From Orbicella franksi (taxonomy: Eukaryota): 64,000 nucleotides of DNA. Under the pieces are notes generated by a model. The model saw only the letters and a program-made list of their open reading frames with translations, was not told the DNA's origin and made no database searches. This document shows positions 1 to 13,590 of the stretch, in pieces (position 1 is the first letter of the stretch; every line of letters starts with the position of its first letter). The stretch spans positions 26,412,001-26,476,000 of the forward strand of contig OZ116708.1 in assembly GCA_964199315.1 (NCBI GenBank), in the 5' to 3' direction. The position numbers and the translations under genes are program-made.

Positions 1-287
1 TAATGAGCTGAATTTTACAACACTTCAACCGAGTTTTCAAGCCTTATCATCCAGTGACTACCTCCAAAACTCTGAATTGATACAACAAAACTTCAAAATT
101 ATGAAGACGCTTTCAAAATTGAATATTCTACCGCTACCAAGGCCATAAATAAACTATAAAATCGAACAAAAGAGGCAGTAAATCGAGGAACAAAACGCTC
201 AAACACTTACGGTATCATATACAATGGAATCAGAATTTCGTTGACAGGTAAATAATAAAAACGTATACAGTTAACTCACATACACAC

Positions 288-388
288 CTCATGGTACAGC
301 CTGTACAAAATCTATGTTCACAATCGGTTGCAATTGCATCTTGAGGCTCCGAAGGGCAAATTACGCATTTGTTGTCACTAAATTCCAT
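288..388 (-). CDS. RING exon copy R0 (divergent TRAF6-type C3HC4 RING, first six ligands)
   Basis: Manual reverse-complement translation gives MEFSDNKCVICPSEPQDAIATDCEHRFCTGCTMR, ending ATG AG|GTGTGT (phase 2). Homology extends up to ~420 (..SSLRGFYSTT). The ancestral ATG position is lost (in-frame TAA at 433-431); the internal ATG at 388 has A at -3 and G at +4. Not in the ORF track. Confidence 0.7.
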
Positions 389-3300
389 TGTAGTTGAATA
401 AAATCCACGGAGAGAGGAAAGTGTTCTGCTTTAGGGTAAATACTTCAGTCCAGGTTTTGAATAAAAAGGGAAATGGTCCACTACACCGGCGCTATGAGCG
501 TGTATAACTACTAATATCTGCAAAGTTGCCCTACATGTTGATCTTTCGACTGACTTTTTATCCAATCAAATCGCGTGGAAAAATATTTTGTTTTCCTCAC
601 AATTCACATCACGTGATTTTGATCAAACCGGATGTAATTTGTGGCGTTACTTGACAAATCAGTTTTCATTAGGCCTAGACAGATCATCAAACTGCGGCAA
701 GTGTCGTATTCCGTTTCCACTTGTTCTTTTGGAAAACTTTAACTTGAAGAGTGTTTTTCGACAACAGATGAAAGCTGGCTTTATCCAGCAGAAGTCTGTG
801 ATTCTTTTTGGAATTATTCATAACCATGCATTGATGCCAGCGCATTCTTACAGCCTTGACCGCTGGTAACATGTGCATGGCTTGGGCTTCGGGACGCCAG
901 TTGTTTCATACAAAAGTTAAGTGTTGGTTTCGACAATTTTCGCACTGATCGTCGCAGTAACAGAGGAATAATGAACGTTTTTCCATTTGTCAGCGACACC
1001 ATGAGCCGCCATTAATACGAGCCAAGTAGCAAATGTCCACGGTGGTTTGTAGTTGTGTTCGATGGAAGGCTTTATCAAAGCGTTTCGCTTTTCTACTTTG
1101 GCTATGGAAGAACTGCTGAAGTGAACAAAGTTTCAAGTATGTATGCAATATCTCTACTGATTATGCCGTGATATTGAAAGTCTTTATGGTATCTAAAGTT
1201 GTTGCTTTGAAAATAATTCTCAGCTATCAGTTTGTTTACAAGTTATTTTTGGCTTGATTACTCCAGCGACGATCGCCAAATTTAAATTTAATTTGATGAT
1301 TTTATAATAGTGGCAGACAGCACTTTGCGGCCAATACTGTAAGTGCTACAAATAGTGTTTTGTAAACCATCTATGAAACACACTGTGCATGCTCTTACAA
1401 TTCTATGTTACAAATCTTCAGCTAGACATTCAGTAAATTTCTTTCCTACAAGGTCAGAATGAATGCATCACAGTGCGTGACGCCTTAATAAAATTTGTCC
1501 TAAAGATAATTCTTGAAATGCTTCATAACAAGTTTTAACGTTGCAGGGTGTCTTAACAGAATAATGATTCCGCGGCGGAGAGTTGGTTCTTTGCTTTGTC
1601 GATACACGATTTGCTTACATTTTGAAAACAGCCTGCCGCATTAAGATGTGAGTGATTCCCTCTCTAGAAAGCTTAGAATGTTGTAAACAAAATACATATT
1701 CAGTATGAAACCAACATTTGGAAAGTTTAGGTTTATGTTTTTTATCATAAAAGTAAGGTGTCAAAACTGAAGGTACTACGCAAGTCCACTTAGGACCATT
1801 CTAAATAATCAACGGATATTTAAAGATCAGTCTATAATTACTGACAGTTTATGTTAAGTGTCTTGCCAAAAAATAGTTAAGTTGTTTGTTTGTCATTGAG
1901 TTCGCTTCACGAACAACATAACTTTTCCAATCCAGTCAGTTTAGTTTACATGATCTTAGTTCGAATTTTAAATTCCCTGAATCCCTAAGGAACCCTAATT
2001 TACATCCTCTAATTTGAAGTCAACTTGCAGAGTGCACTGAATCCAGAACTGGAGTCACTAATATCTTAGGTGAAATAAATATTTTTCTAACTTTAGGCAT
2101 TGTGGTGATCTGAAATCTTGGCTATCTAGGTGAAAGTCCAAAAGGTACGTCTGATTCTTTAAATATCTCAAAGGGTAGAACATTACATTGTCAAAGAAAA
2201 TAATTCCAAGATTAATTGTACTATCACAACTGATTGTCTGCTTATTCGTGTGGATCAAATCAGATTGACAGCGGGACACAAAGCCCAATTTGAATTGCCT
2301 TACACTAGAGGTGTTTTCGGAGGCGGCGGCAGTTTTGAGTACTGAGTTTCGTAGCCTGCGAACACAGACGGATTTCCAGCTTTTTCCTGTCATTGGATAA
2401 CAAATCTTGAAGATTCGGTTGAAGTGTTGTAACATTTAGCCCATTACCTAAGCTTCCCACAACTGGAGCTGCGAAAGCCGAGCTCAGAACGAGAGAAATA
2501 TCCACAACGCTCAAAAGCCTACCGCGGAGTAACAATGAGGTCATGCTGAAATTAACATCACGTAAACAGCGATCCTACTCACCACAATTTTGCACAAAAG
2601 ACGCGTTATAACCGGCCTCATTTTCTCTTGAAATGAAATATTACGGATGTGAGTAAATATTGAAAACAGGCTGCGAATAGAACCGCGAATTACATTGTCC
2701 CGAATTATCACAAAGGCTACTCATGAAAAGTTTACACCAATAATTTTTAGAACAAGGTGAATGAATTGCATCAGATTTCCGTTGATAAAGTTCCTCGGCT
2801 TTTTTGCTTGTTGACTGGTCGATTCTAACATTTGCTGCCAAATGGTCAAGTTAGTTGAAAATACAATCTCAAAGTTAAATGTTTACATTTTTTGTACCAA
2901 ACAGGCAACTCTCTCAAATCGCTGATTTCGAATCATTTTTTCCGGCTTGATGCTCAGACGTAAAAATATAAAAATACCCGTTGTCCTGATAGTCCACTTT
3001 GATATTGAACAATGATCCTGCTCGCTGCTTCATGTGAACTTACTAATATTTTTAAGTTTCAGTTTTGTGTCAATCATCATGTACACTTCAGAGCATACTC
3101 ATTCAGTGCTCCAAGAGTCAGATCAGACTCAGTGAACATAAGATCAACAAATTGAGCTGGAATGTTTGTATTTTCGCAGATTATGGTTTACGTGATCTTG
3201 TTTCGGCGATTGTTTTCATTTCCTGAATTTGACAAACCAAAAGATCTCCTAATCTGCAGTCTACTCAGTTTAGAGTGTGGAGAATTGAGAATTGGTCAGC

Positions 3301-4311
3301 CATGTTTGAAGTGAAATATCTTTTTAACTATTATGAAATCATGGAAAAAAGGGTCCCCATAGAAAACGTTTCTCAATCTTCGTAATCTTCAAAAACTTAA
3401 ACGAAACAGCTAAAGAAACGAAATCCAAGATTGATGAAGTATCACACAGCAAGAGCTACCGTTTCCATGGCGTGACTTGCAAGTCGAGCTAAGGCCCGGG
3501 TGGAAACCGGAGAAATGCCCGCGACATTTAAAACTCGAGTGCGAAGAATGCGAGGAAGAGAACCACAAGTCTGAGCTACCTACAACAGCATTATGCCGAA
3601 ATCGATGCTGCAATCATGTTGTTGTGTCGCGCTCCAATAAACAGCAAACCAAGTCAAACAATATTTCAAACAGGCAAATTGAGATATTACTGATATGTGT
3701 CACGGATAATAAATCATGTTGCACGTCTTCAAGACAAAAAACCTTGCCAGCCAAATGCTCAAAATTATATAGTAGCGACGGTGAAAAAACGAGTAAGAAA
3801 AAGATGGCATACGGGTCGATAGTTCGAAATTAGAATTTCGTCGACACCCAACTAATTCAAAAGTTTGACTCGGTTTACTCGAATTGGCTTTGAAAAATGA
3901 CTATTCAAACGCTGCACGACTTTCTGTACTAACTTAAAATCGAATTAAAAAAAGGCAGGGAAAACAAAATAAAGAAAAAATGGAATCGGAACCTCGTAAA
4001 CAACACACTCGTATGCAGAAATGGTCTATTGTTCCGGCTCAACATCTCACTTTGAGCAAAAATGAATAGGCTTTTGTTCTTGGTAGCCCTCAGAGACTTC
4101 GTCCGAAGCCAAGCCTAAATCGTCGCCGTTGTTCGCAAAACTTTCGGCACAACAATTAAGCTGCACTTGAATGAACTCAATTTTAGTTAACAAATCTAGA
4201 ACGGTGGAGTCGTGATTCACAAAAAATACGTTGAGAGTAAAGCGAAAATTATGAAAGAGCGGAGAAACGCTACGCAAAATTCTGATAGAATTAGCACATT
4301 CAAAGTCATAC

Positions 4312-4469
4312 CTCATCAGGCAGTCTTTACAGAACCTATGTCCACAAGTTGTCTGGTGTACGGGCTCTCGAAGCTCTAAATAGCAAATAGCGCATTTGTC
4401 GTCGTTTAATTCCAATGCCGTTGAATAAAATCCGGGGATGCTGGAAGGTATTTTCCCGTAAGAGCCCAT
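4312..4469 (-). CDS. RING exon copy R1, intact ATG-initiated exon
   Basis: 158 nt (52 codons + 2), MGSYGKIPSSIPGFYSTALELNDDKCAICYLELREPVHQTTCGHRFCKDCLMR, donor AG|GTATGA. Resembles the TRAF6 RING ([24 protein letters not shown]). Confidence 0.85.
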
Positions 4470-4640
4470 ATTTTTGAATTGAAGGGAAATATATACTCCA
4501 AGCGGACCAGCTCTTGTTCACGCCAACGAAGTTGATCAATAATTTATTCACGGTCAAGCGCGAAACTTTCAAAAATTTAGAAAATTGAAACCTTGTTATT
4601 TATAATACTCCGGAAGTTCATGGCTTTAAAGAAATTCCCA

Positions 4641-4650
4641 CCAATCAGTG
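4641..4650 (+). promoter_or_regulatory. CCAAT (NF-Y-type) box upstream of R1; equivalents lie upstream of all eight RING exons
   Basis: ccaatcag, 172 nt upstream of the ATG. Positionally equivalent CCAAT at 562, 5584, 14466, 14887, 15546/15576, 20669 and 23818. Confidence 0.6.
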
Positions 4651-5264
4651 GCGTAGGTATTGTAACACCTACGCCAAAGGGTAAATCGAAAGCGGTTGTA
4701 TCAATTTTCCCAGAAATGTTTAAAGAGCGAATCGAAAGTGGATGTATTTTGTAGGGTCACTTGAGAAAACAATTTTAATCAGGCCTAGAGGGATCATCAA
4801 ATTGCGGTGACTAAAATTGCGGTGTCTTGTTCCGTTTCCAGTTATTTGTTCTTTTGGACTGATACCTTTAACACGAAGAATGTTTTTCGAAAACTGAAGA
4901 TAGCTGGTTTTATCCAGCAGAAGTACGTGATTCTTCGAAGAATTATTCGTGACCAAAATGCTCAAAATTATACAGTAGCGATGGTGAAAAAACGAGTAAG
5001 AAAAAGACGGCTTAAGGGATCGATAGCCTGAAATTTGAATTTTGTCGACACCGAACTAATTCAAAAGTTTGACTCGGTTGACGGCACTCGAATTGGCTTT
5101 GAAAAATGAATATTCAAAAGCTGCAGGACTTTCTGTACCAACCTAAAATCGAATTCAAAAAAGTCAGGAAAAAATAAAGAAAAAATGGAATCGGAACCTC
5201 GTAAACAACACACTATTCTAAACTAATTAAAAATTCTGATACCGGTAACTCATTCAAATCGTAC

Positions 5265-5422
5265 CTCATCATACAGTCTCTACAGAATCTATGTCCGCAA
5301 GTTTTCTGTAGTACGGGTTCTCGAAGCTCTAAATAGCAAATAGCACATTTGTCGTCGTTTAATTCCAATGCCGCTGAATAAAATCCGGGAATGCTGGAAG
5401 GTATTTTCCCGTAGGAGCCCAT
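5265..5422 (-). CDS. RING exon copy R2, intact
   Basis: 158 nt, MGSYGKIPSSIPGFYSAALELNDDKCAICYLELREPVLQKTCGHRFCRDCMMR, donor AG|GTACGA. Confidence 0.85.
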
Positions 5423-5565
5423 ATTTTTAAATTGTAGGGAAATATATACTTCAAGCGGACCAGCTCGTGTTCACGCTAACGTCGTGGCCCCTAATGATTA
5501 TTTTACGCTTATTGTTCTTGCTATTTATACTACTCCACAATTTCTAGATAGACAGACCTATTGAT

Positions 5566-6062
5566 CATCGCTCGGAGAATCTACCAATCAGTTGCATAGG
5601 TATTACAATGTAAACATTGTAATGGAGATGGCGCGCGTTTGACAGAATGAGGTCGGAAACCAATATTAGGAAACGTGGTACATGCTGAATATTTGCCAAC
5701 TGGTTCTTTAGCCCTGTCATTATCGTTCGGAGAATCTACCAATCAGTTGCGTAGGTATTACAATGTAAACATTGTAATGGAGATGGCGCGCGTTTGACAG
5801 AATGAGGTCGGAAACCAATATTTGGAAACGTGGTACATGCTAAATATTTGCCAACTGGTTCTTTAGCCCTGTCATTATCGCTCGGAGAATCTACCAATCA
5901 GTTGCGTAGGTATTACAATGTAAACATTGTAATGGAGATGGCGCGCGTTTGACAGAATGAGGTCGGAAACCAATATTTGGAAACATGGTACATGCTGAAT
6001 ATTTGCCAACTGGTTCTTTAGCCCTGTCATTATCGCTCGGAGAATCTACCAATCAGTTGCAC
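5566..6062. repeat. 155-bp tandem repeat (3 full units + partial) containing the CCAAT block
   Basis: 'ggagaatctaccaatcagttgc' begins at 5574, 5729, 5884 and 6039 (period 155). Confidence 0.95.
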
Positions 6063-9000
6063 TAGGCTGATTAACTAGCTGAACATTCTTCCTAGGTGTT
6101 TGTTTACAGACCGACTGACTGACTTTATCTAGCTAAAATTGTCCTAGTGAAAACACATTAACAATGTAGGCATTGTAATGGAGATGGCGCTGGCTTTATC
6201 CAGCTACAAGTTGTTTCTGGCTTGATCACTCTAGGGTGACCTTTGTAATCAAACATTCCCAAAATGTATTTTTAGAGAGCCAATCGAAACCGGGTGTATT
6301 TTGTGACGTTACTTCACAAGCAATTTTAATCAGGTCTAGACAGATCATCAAATTGTTTTGATGCCTTGCGGCGTTGTCGCATTCAGTTCCCAGTTATTTG
6401 CTCTACTCGAATCTTTCACAATTGTTCTTCGACCAAAAATGAAAGCTCCATCTTTCGGGCAAATCTCTGTGATTCTTCGTGGAATCATTGATGACCATTG
6501 ACGCCAGCGCCTTTTCTATCAAGCATCTTTAACAACCGTGACCGCTGATATTATGTGCATGGCTAGGAACACCCAGCTAGCAGATGTTTTATACGGGACT
6601 AACTTTGAAAGTATTGGTTGTGGACAACTGTGGCACTGATCATCGCAGTATAAAAGGAATAGTCAACGTTTTCGCATTTGTGAGCGACATCACGAGTCGC
6701 CATTAATACGAGCAAAGTGGCAATGGTTGAATTCGCTTATGATTCGATCGAAGACTTCATCAAAATATTCATGAGTCGCTTTTCTACTTTGGGAGTTTTT
6801 GACAGCAACAAACAACGCTCTGGTAGAACTTCTGAAGAGGACAAACATTCAAGTATGTATTTCCATGCTTTTTAATGACTATAACATGCTATTAAATGTT
6901 TTAAGCTTATCTACTCTGAATAGTTCTTTTTAAAAGACCTTAGTGACAAGAATGTAAACATACGGATGTTTTTAGTTTGATCTTGCGACATTGGTCTGAT
7001 TTATGACATAGATCGCAGCCAATTAATAATCGCCCTTGTTAGGACTTCTTCGTGAAACAAATACCCATCTATTGAACATCGAGCTAAGTGCTCTAACAAC
7101 GCCATGTTGCTTATCTGCAGCTAGAAGCAATTGCGTTTCTGTGTGAACGGAATGAATTCCTTTCATTGTGTAACGGTTCACCTGATAAATTTTCATCGTA
7201 AACAAAACTGTTGAAATGTATCATTTCACACTGAGTTTTTAAGTAATAAGCTGCAAGATCGTTGCATAACGTTTCAGCAGAATTATTCAGTCGAGAGTCA
7301 AATACGTGTTGTTGTTTTTTTCTGTCCAACATTTTGAACTGACCGCCAGCCTGCCCTATGAATGGGGCACTTCTTCCCTCACGTAAAATACTCGCTGGAG
7401 GTTTCAATAAGTCTTTCCGTCGAAATTCTTAAAACAATTGCGAGATCAGTCAATATTTAAAGATCAGTCAATAATTAATGCTAGTTTATGTCTAAGCATC
7501 TTGCCAAGTTTTAGTCACAAGTTTTAGTCTGATCACACTCTGACTAAGTTTAAAAAAATAACCATTGTTTATTTTTGTTATTGAGTTTGCTTCACGAAAT
7601 ACATAAATTTTCCCATATTCCAGTCAGTTAAGTTAACATGATCTTACAGTTCGACTTTTAGATTCCCTGAATCCGAAAGGAACCCTAATTTACATCTTGT
7701 AATTTGGAGTCAACGTTTAGAGTTCACTGGATTCAGAACTGGTCAGTAATATCTGAAGTGAAATAATATTTTGAACTATAGGCATTGTGGTAATACTGGA
7801 ATCGTGGCTATCTAGGTAAAAGTCGAAAGAGGACGTTTGTTCATACTACTCTTCAAAGAACTCAAAGCCGTAGAACATTCGGGTGTCAAAGAAAAAAATT
7901 CCAATATTGATTTACTATCAAGACTTCATTTTCCACGAAACAGAGAGAGAGTTCAGTAACGTTTAGAATCATGATCAACAGCAATATATCTTTGCAATCA
8001 CAGTAAGTAATTGACTCAGTTAATTGTGTGCTTATTTGTGTGGATCGAATCAGATTGACAGCGGGACACAGAGCCCGATTTTAATTGGCTTATACTGGAG
8101 GTGTGTTCGGAGGCGGCGGCAGTTTTGTATTAAATTGCAAAATTAAAAATTTTCAATTGTCTCGTAGCCTGCGAACACAGACGGATTTCCAGCTTTTGCC
8201 CTTCGTAGGATAACAAATCTTGAATATTTGGTTGAAGTGTTGTAACATTAGCTCATTACCTAAGCTTCCCACCAGTGGAGCTGCGAAGCTCCGAATAAGA
8301 GAAATATCCACGACGTTCAAAACCCTAGAGCGGAGTAGCACCGATGTCATGCTGAGATTAACATCACATAAACAGCAATCCTAGTCTCAATCATCTTGCA
8401 CAAAAGACGCATTATAACCGGCCTCATTTTCTCTTGAAGTAAAATATTACGGATATGAGTAGATTTTAAAAACAGACTGCGAATAACAACGCGAATTACA
8501 TTGTCGCAAATTATCACGAAAAGCTGCACATGAAAAGTTTACATCAATAATTTTTACAACAAGGTGAATGAATTGCATCAGATTTTCGTTTGTAAATTTC
8601 CTCGGCTTATTTGCTTGTTGACTGGTCGATTCTAACATTTGCTGCCAAATGGTCAAGTTAGTTGAAAATACAAACTCAAACTTAAATCTTTACACTTTAA
8701 GTTTTTGTACCAGACAGGCAACTCTCTCAAAACGCTGATTTCGTATGATTTTTTTACCGGATTGACGCTCACACATATCAATATAAAATACCCGTTGTCC
8801 TGATAGTCCACTTTGATATTGAACAATGATCCTGCTCGCTGCTTCAAGTGAACTTAGATTCTTACTAATATTTCTAATATTCAGTTTTGTGTCAATCATC
8901 ATGTACATTTCAGAGCATACTCATCCAGTGCTCCAAGAGTCAGATCAGACTCGGTGAACATGAGATCAACAAATTCAGCTGGAATATGTATTTTTGCAGT

Positions 9001-10019
9001 TTATGGTTTACATGATCTTGTTTCGATTGTTTTGATTTCCTGAATTTGGCAAAACAAAACATCCCCTAATTTGCAGTCTACTCAGTTTAGAGTGTACAGA
9101 ATTGAGAATTGGTCAGTCATATCTGAAGTGAAATATCTTTTCAACTATCGTCAAATCATGGAAAAAAAGTCCTCGTAGAAAACGTTTTTCAGTCACCATA
9201 GTCTTCAAAGAACTTAAAAGAAACAGCTGAAGGAACAAATTCCAATATTGATGTACAAGAACTCCATTGTAGTTTAAAAACGTTTCAGTTGCGTGACTTA
9301 CAAGTCGAGCCGCGACCCGGGTTGGAAAAAGAGAAATTTCCGCGACATTTTATAACTTGAGTGCGAAAAATGCGAGGAAAAAAGACTACCTAGAACAGCA
9401 CTGTGCCGAAATCGATGCTGCGATCATGTTGTCGTGTCGCGCTCCCATAAACAGCAAACCAAGTCACACAATATAATTGCGATGTTACAGATATACGTCA
9501 CGGTTAAAAATCATCGCGCTCATTTTCAAGCCAAAACACTTGCGAAAACCTATATGAGAGCAGTACTCAAACTTATACAGTAGCGACGATAAAAAAACAA
9601 GAAAGAAACAGATGGCTTACGTGATCGATAGTCCGAAATTGGAATTTTGTAGACACCAAACGCTAAAGTTTGACTCGGTTCTGACAAATGAATATTCAAA
9701 CTCTACACGACTTCCTATACTAACGTAAAATCAAATTTCAAACAAGTCAAGAAAGAAAATGAAGACAAAATGGAATCGGAATTTCGTAAACAACACACTA
9801 TTCTAAACTTTAAGAATTCTGATACTGTTAGCTGATTAAAAATCGTACGTCATCATACAGTCTCTACAGAATCTATGTCCACAAGTTGTCTGCAGTACGG
9901 GCTCTCGAAGCTCTAAATAGCAAATAGCGCATTTGTCGTTTAATTCCTCTGCGGCTGAATTAAATCCACGGATGCTTGAAGCTCCGTTCCTATTGGAGTA
10001 TGGTTGCCGAAAAGTAGCA

Positions 10020-10390
10020 TAATTTGACAAAAAAATATTTTCATTCGGTAAACGACACATTTTTATTTGCTAAAAATATTTTCATTCGATAAATGACATA
10101 TTTTTATTCGCTAAAAATATTTTCATTCGACAAATGACATATTTTTATTCGCTAAAATAATTTTCATTCGATAAATGACATATTTTTATTCGCTAAAAAT
10201 ATTTTCATTCGATAAATGACATATTTTTATTCGTTAAAATATTTTTATTGGATAAATGACATATTTTTATTCGCTAAAAATATTTTCATTCGATAAATGA
10301 CATATTTTTATTCGCTAAAAATATTTTCATTTGATAAATGACATATTTTTATTCGTTAAAAATATTTTCATTCGATAAAAATATATTTGT
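10020..10390. repeat. ~41-bp tandem array inside the left TIR
   Basis: The unit aaaatattttcattcgataaatgacatatttttattcgct(a) repeats; 'cattcga' at 10083, 10124, 10165 and onward. Confidence 0.95.
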
Positions 10391-11041
10391 TCGATAAAAC
10401 CATTTCCATGCTCCTTTTTGCATTCGATAAAAACCATTTTTATTCGATGTGTTTTTCATTTGATAAAAATATGCTTTCGATAAAGTCACGTGACCCAAGG
10501 AGGCATGGCCACAAAGCATTACGGCACGGTTACAAAGCTTCCCGCCATCGGCCATTTTATGTTGTCAAAATGCAGAGGATGGATGGAAGCATGGAATTAA
10601 ATCGCTCGATCATACGGAGTGAAGTGAGGCAGGCCATCAGTGAGTACTTTGCCACCAGAAATACTGGCTGCACCGAGTGAGTGCCAATGTAGTAATTTTC
10701 AAATTATACCTTAAATAAACAAATAAACAGTCACCCGTCACAAAAAGCCTTTGAGAAGAGTCCACTCTTAACAAACTAATGCTCAAGGAAAACGCTGATA
10801 TCAATGCAAAAAACACTACACTGTGAACACGAGAGATTAGACGTGAAATCCTGGCACATGTACAGATCTAAACGCTACTAACCACAAAGGCAAGGCTTCC
10901 TCTCCTTTTATCCTGTAATAGACTTGAAGGCCTGATACATTTCTGTTGATTGTCACTCAAACACCTGAGGAAACCTGAGACGTTGGATAAATTAAAAAGC
11001 TAGTTGTTTTAACTTTAATTAAAAAAAACATTTATGTTTAG

Positions 11042-12097
11042 GTGTTTAGCAAAGATGACCTGGAGGAACTCACCGCCGATGACAGAGAGAAATTGGAAGA
11101 AAAGATTGTAAGCCATGGTCTCAGTGATGTGCCACTTACCAAGCTGAACAAGGACAGAGCAATCAAAGACATTATGACAACAGAGGTTATCATCACAAGG
11201 ACCCTGGCAATGGACTCTTTTTTTTAAAGGACTTCAGACCGTATGGAATTAGGAAGAATACTGCGGGAAAACTCAAGCATTTCTAAGGAAGTGTTTCCAA
11301 CCAAAGATGACGTTGACATTGATGCAACTATGGTGAATGAACGCATGAGGACAGGTATTTATGGTGAACATGACACCAGGTCTGCAGAACAGAAGTTAGC
11401 ATGTGAATGGTTCTACAAATTCATTGATGAACCATCTTCCCTGAAAGGTTAGATATTGCCAAGAGTTAGTGAAGTGCACTGCATGACAGCATACATGTAA
11501 AATGTGAAGCTTAATATTAGATGAACAAAGCAATTTTTATTCATAAAACAACGTATTTCCAACAAATTTCCTTAATAAGAAATAAATAACACAGCTTACT
11601 ATGCCCTTCTTCAATTTGCACATGTACAGCACTTGCGGCAGTGTATTTCATTTTCATTCCGTTTTTGGTCAAGTATTTTTGTCTTTTCCACAGGATTTAG
11701 ATGGATAAACCAATTATTATATTTGTCTCTGTTTTAGTTATTTTCAGTGGTAAGTCTGCTGAAATCTTCCAATGTCCATAGCAACTGAATGTATGCTTTT
11801 ATATCCCAGTAGGTGTTTATTGTGAAATATGATTTTATTTCAGATGAAAACACAGGCAAGTCTTTTGTGAAAACCCTGGTAAGGTTTATTTCTGGTAGTA
11901 CCCAGTTGCACTCCCACGATCAGTTTGAAGTGACATACAACAGTGACCCTTCCAAGAAACTACTTGAAGCCAGCACCTGTTTTTCTACTATTTCTCTACC
12001 AGTAGCCCTCAGTTGCTATGAGGATTTCAAGCAATCTTGCCTAACAAGTCTCCTTTATGGTGGTGAAGGCTTTGGCAAACTTTTATTGACATCTTAA
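11042..12097 (+). pseudogene. HECT-like (G2E3-type) E3 ligase C-terminal fragment carried by the transposon
   Basis: Exon 11042-11447 (acceptor tttag|GTG, donor AAAG|GT) joins exon 11844-12097 in matching phase 1. C-lobe motif LVRFISGS..FEVTY..EASTCFSTISLP..YEDFKQ..GFG. In-frame TAA at 11225-11227 after a T8 run. A possible first exon at ~10570-10674 has donor CGA|GTGAGT. Confidence 0.7.
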
Positions 12098-13275
12098 AAA
12101 CCAAGGAAAATATTAACAAACTGTTTTGGTTTTGGTTATTTAAAAAATGGAAATTATGATTGAATAAGTTGTTATTGGTGTTCCATATTAATGTTGATAA
12201 CCACTTGATAAAGCATGCCTGTTCTAAGTTCTATTATAATTAAACAAGATGCCCGTTGGGTTAGTTTATGCATGTAGTTGTATCAAAGTTGTAACATTGA
12301 ATCAATATTCCCTGTCATTGGTAAGTTTGTGGGCAATTAAGACAACTAAAAATATAAACTTAATGAAAATAATACTTCTAGTTACAAAGTATGCTCAGTT
12401 GAAACTGTTTACATAGAAAACCTGTATTAAAAGCTCCTGTTTTCATTTGAACTGAAAACACTCATGTTCAGTGGACTTTCTCAAGGCAAAACTGTTTCTT
12501 TATTGTAATGTTAGTTACTATTAGTGTTGCCATTGACAGGTGATACTTGAAATAAACTGTTACACTTTCTGCTCCTTTTTTCATACCCAACATTGATATT
12601 TTTTGATGGGAAATATCATGTACATGCTGGCTGTGGCTGGTACAAGAGTTTTAATGTGAGGTATATTCAGTCTGGACACCATTGAAAGCTTACTGTTTAT
12701 ATTGTTTTTCCCATCCCCCTTTCTGCTGCCAATGAGGCCTGTGGGAATTCATGAAAATGCATGAAAACAATGTTTATAGTAGATAAGTTGAGTCCCAACA
12801 ACTGCCTTTTATTGTGGAAGAAAAAAAGCATAAACAAGGATTTCATTAAAATTAGCAAATGAATGCTTTCAGTCTAGTTTGAAAGGAAAACTACAGTAAA
12901 ATTATCAACTTCGCTTAACATTGCTCAGAAACAGATGTAAATGTATGTGTTCTGTTTTAATTTTAGTCATCATTTAATTTTTGTGTAACCAGTTCTAAGT
13001 ATCATTTATTGCTTCAATCATGTTCATTTACATAACAATTTTCAAACAAGAAAAAATTGAATTCAGTTTGGTTAAAAAATTATGTCAATCAAAAATGAAT
13101 TTATTTTAAACTTGAACAATTGTAGTTAGAATTGCTCCTTTTTATTTCAAGATTGCTTTTAGCACATAAAACGTGCCTTTTCCAAATTTTAGAAGCCTGC
13201 ATTATACAGTTGAAGAACTTCAGCATGTTGCTGGTCTGTTATATGACTTACAGGTTGTCAAAGGAAAATTCAAAG

Positions 13276-13590
13276 TTACTCAAGCAACTCACGGTAAGCC
13301 TCAAGGGCACTCAAATATATGTCTATACCAAAGCTGCCAGATTCAGCCATTGGATTAATTAGCTGTCTGAATTCTTCGAACAATTCTTCTGGGAAAGGAT
13401 TCTCGATCTCTTCAACTTCAACAGATCCATGTTCCTCCAAAGGACATGGGCCCTCTGGGTCAGTACCATACCATTGCATCAGATCTTGGGTAATTGCCTC
13501 ATTCTGCATTTGTCGATTAAGCATGCCATTGAACCACAGCTTCTCAGGTGACCAGTTGCGTGGAGTGAGAACTCTGCACTGTGTTCGCAT
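13276..13590 (-). pseudogene. C-terminal tail of an integrase-core (IS3EU-type) transposase
   Basis: RNWSPEKLW..G..YGTDPEGP..V.V..INPMAESGSFGIDIYL matches the recalled conserved C-terminus of animal IS3-like transposases. The catalytic core is absent and the fragment abuts the right TIR. Confidence 0.65.

Noticed and set aside
588-1250. Spacer block ('LGLDRSSNC..CRIQF..MKA') as a conserved coding exon
   Set aside because: Copies show stops and frameshifts at different places, and I could not find consistent splice sites. It is kept as non-coding duplicated DNA, though a profile search is worth running.
2058-2544. ORFs over the 'gacagcgggacac' spacer block as TRAF exon 2
   Set aside because: There is no CxxC or zinc-finger pattern, and frames are not preserved among the copies at ~2270, 8060, 19545 and 22630.
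3477-3833. Cys-rich plus-strand ORF (CPRH..CEEC..CRNRCC)
   Set aside because: Paralogous blocks at ~9300-9600 and ~19940-20130 do not keep the frame, and it matches no recognisable zinc-finger spacing.
4047-4311. C-terminal ~87 aa of the 140-aa ORF at 4047-4469 (and similar tails of 5213-5422 and 9836-10060)
   Set aside because: Similarity among copies ends at a conserved AG|GT donor; the tails are intron read-through of differing length with no RING-completing CxxC.
4630-4639. NF-kB-like site GGGAATTTCT next to the R1 CCAAT box
   Set aside because: It has one mismatch to consensus and is not conserved in the other cassettes.
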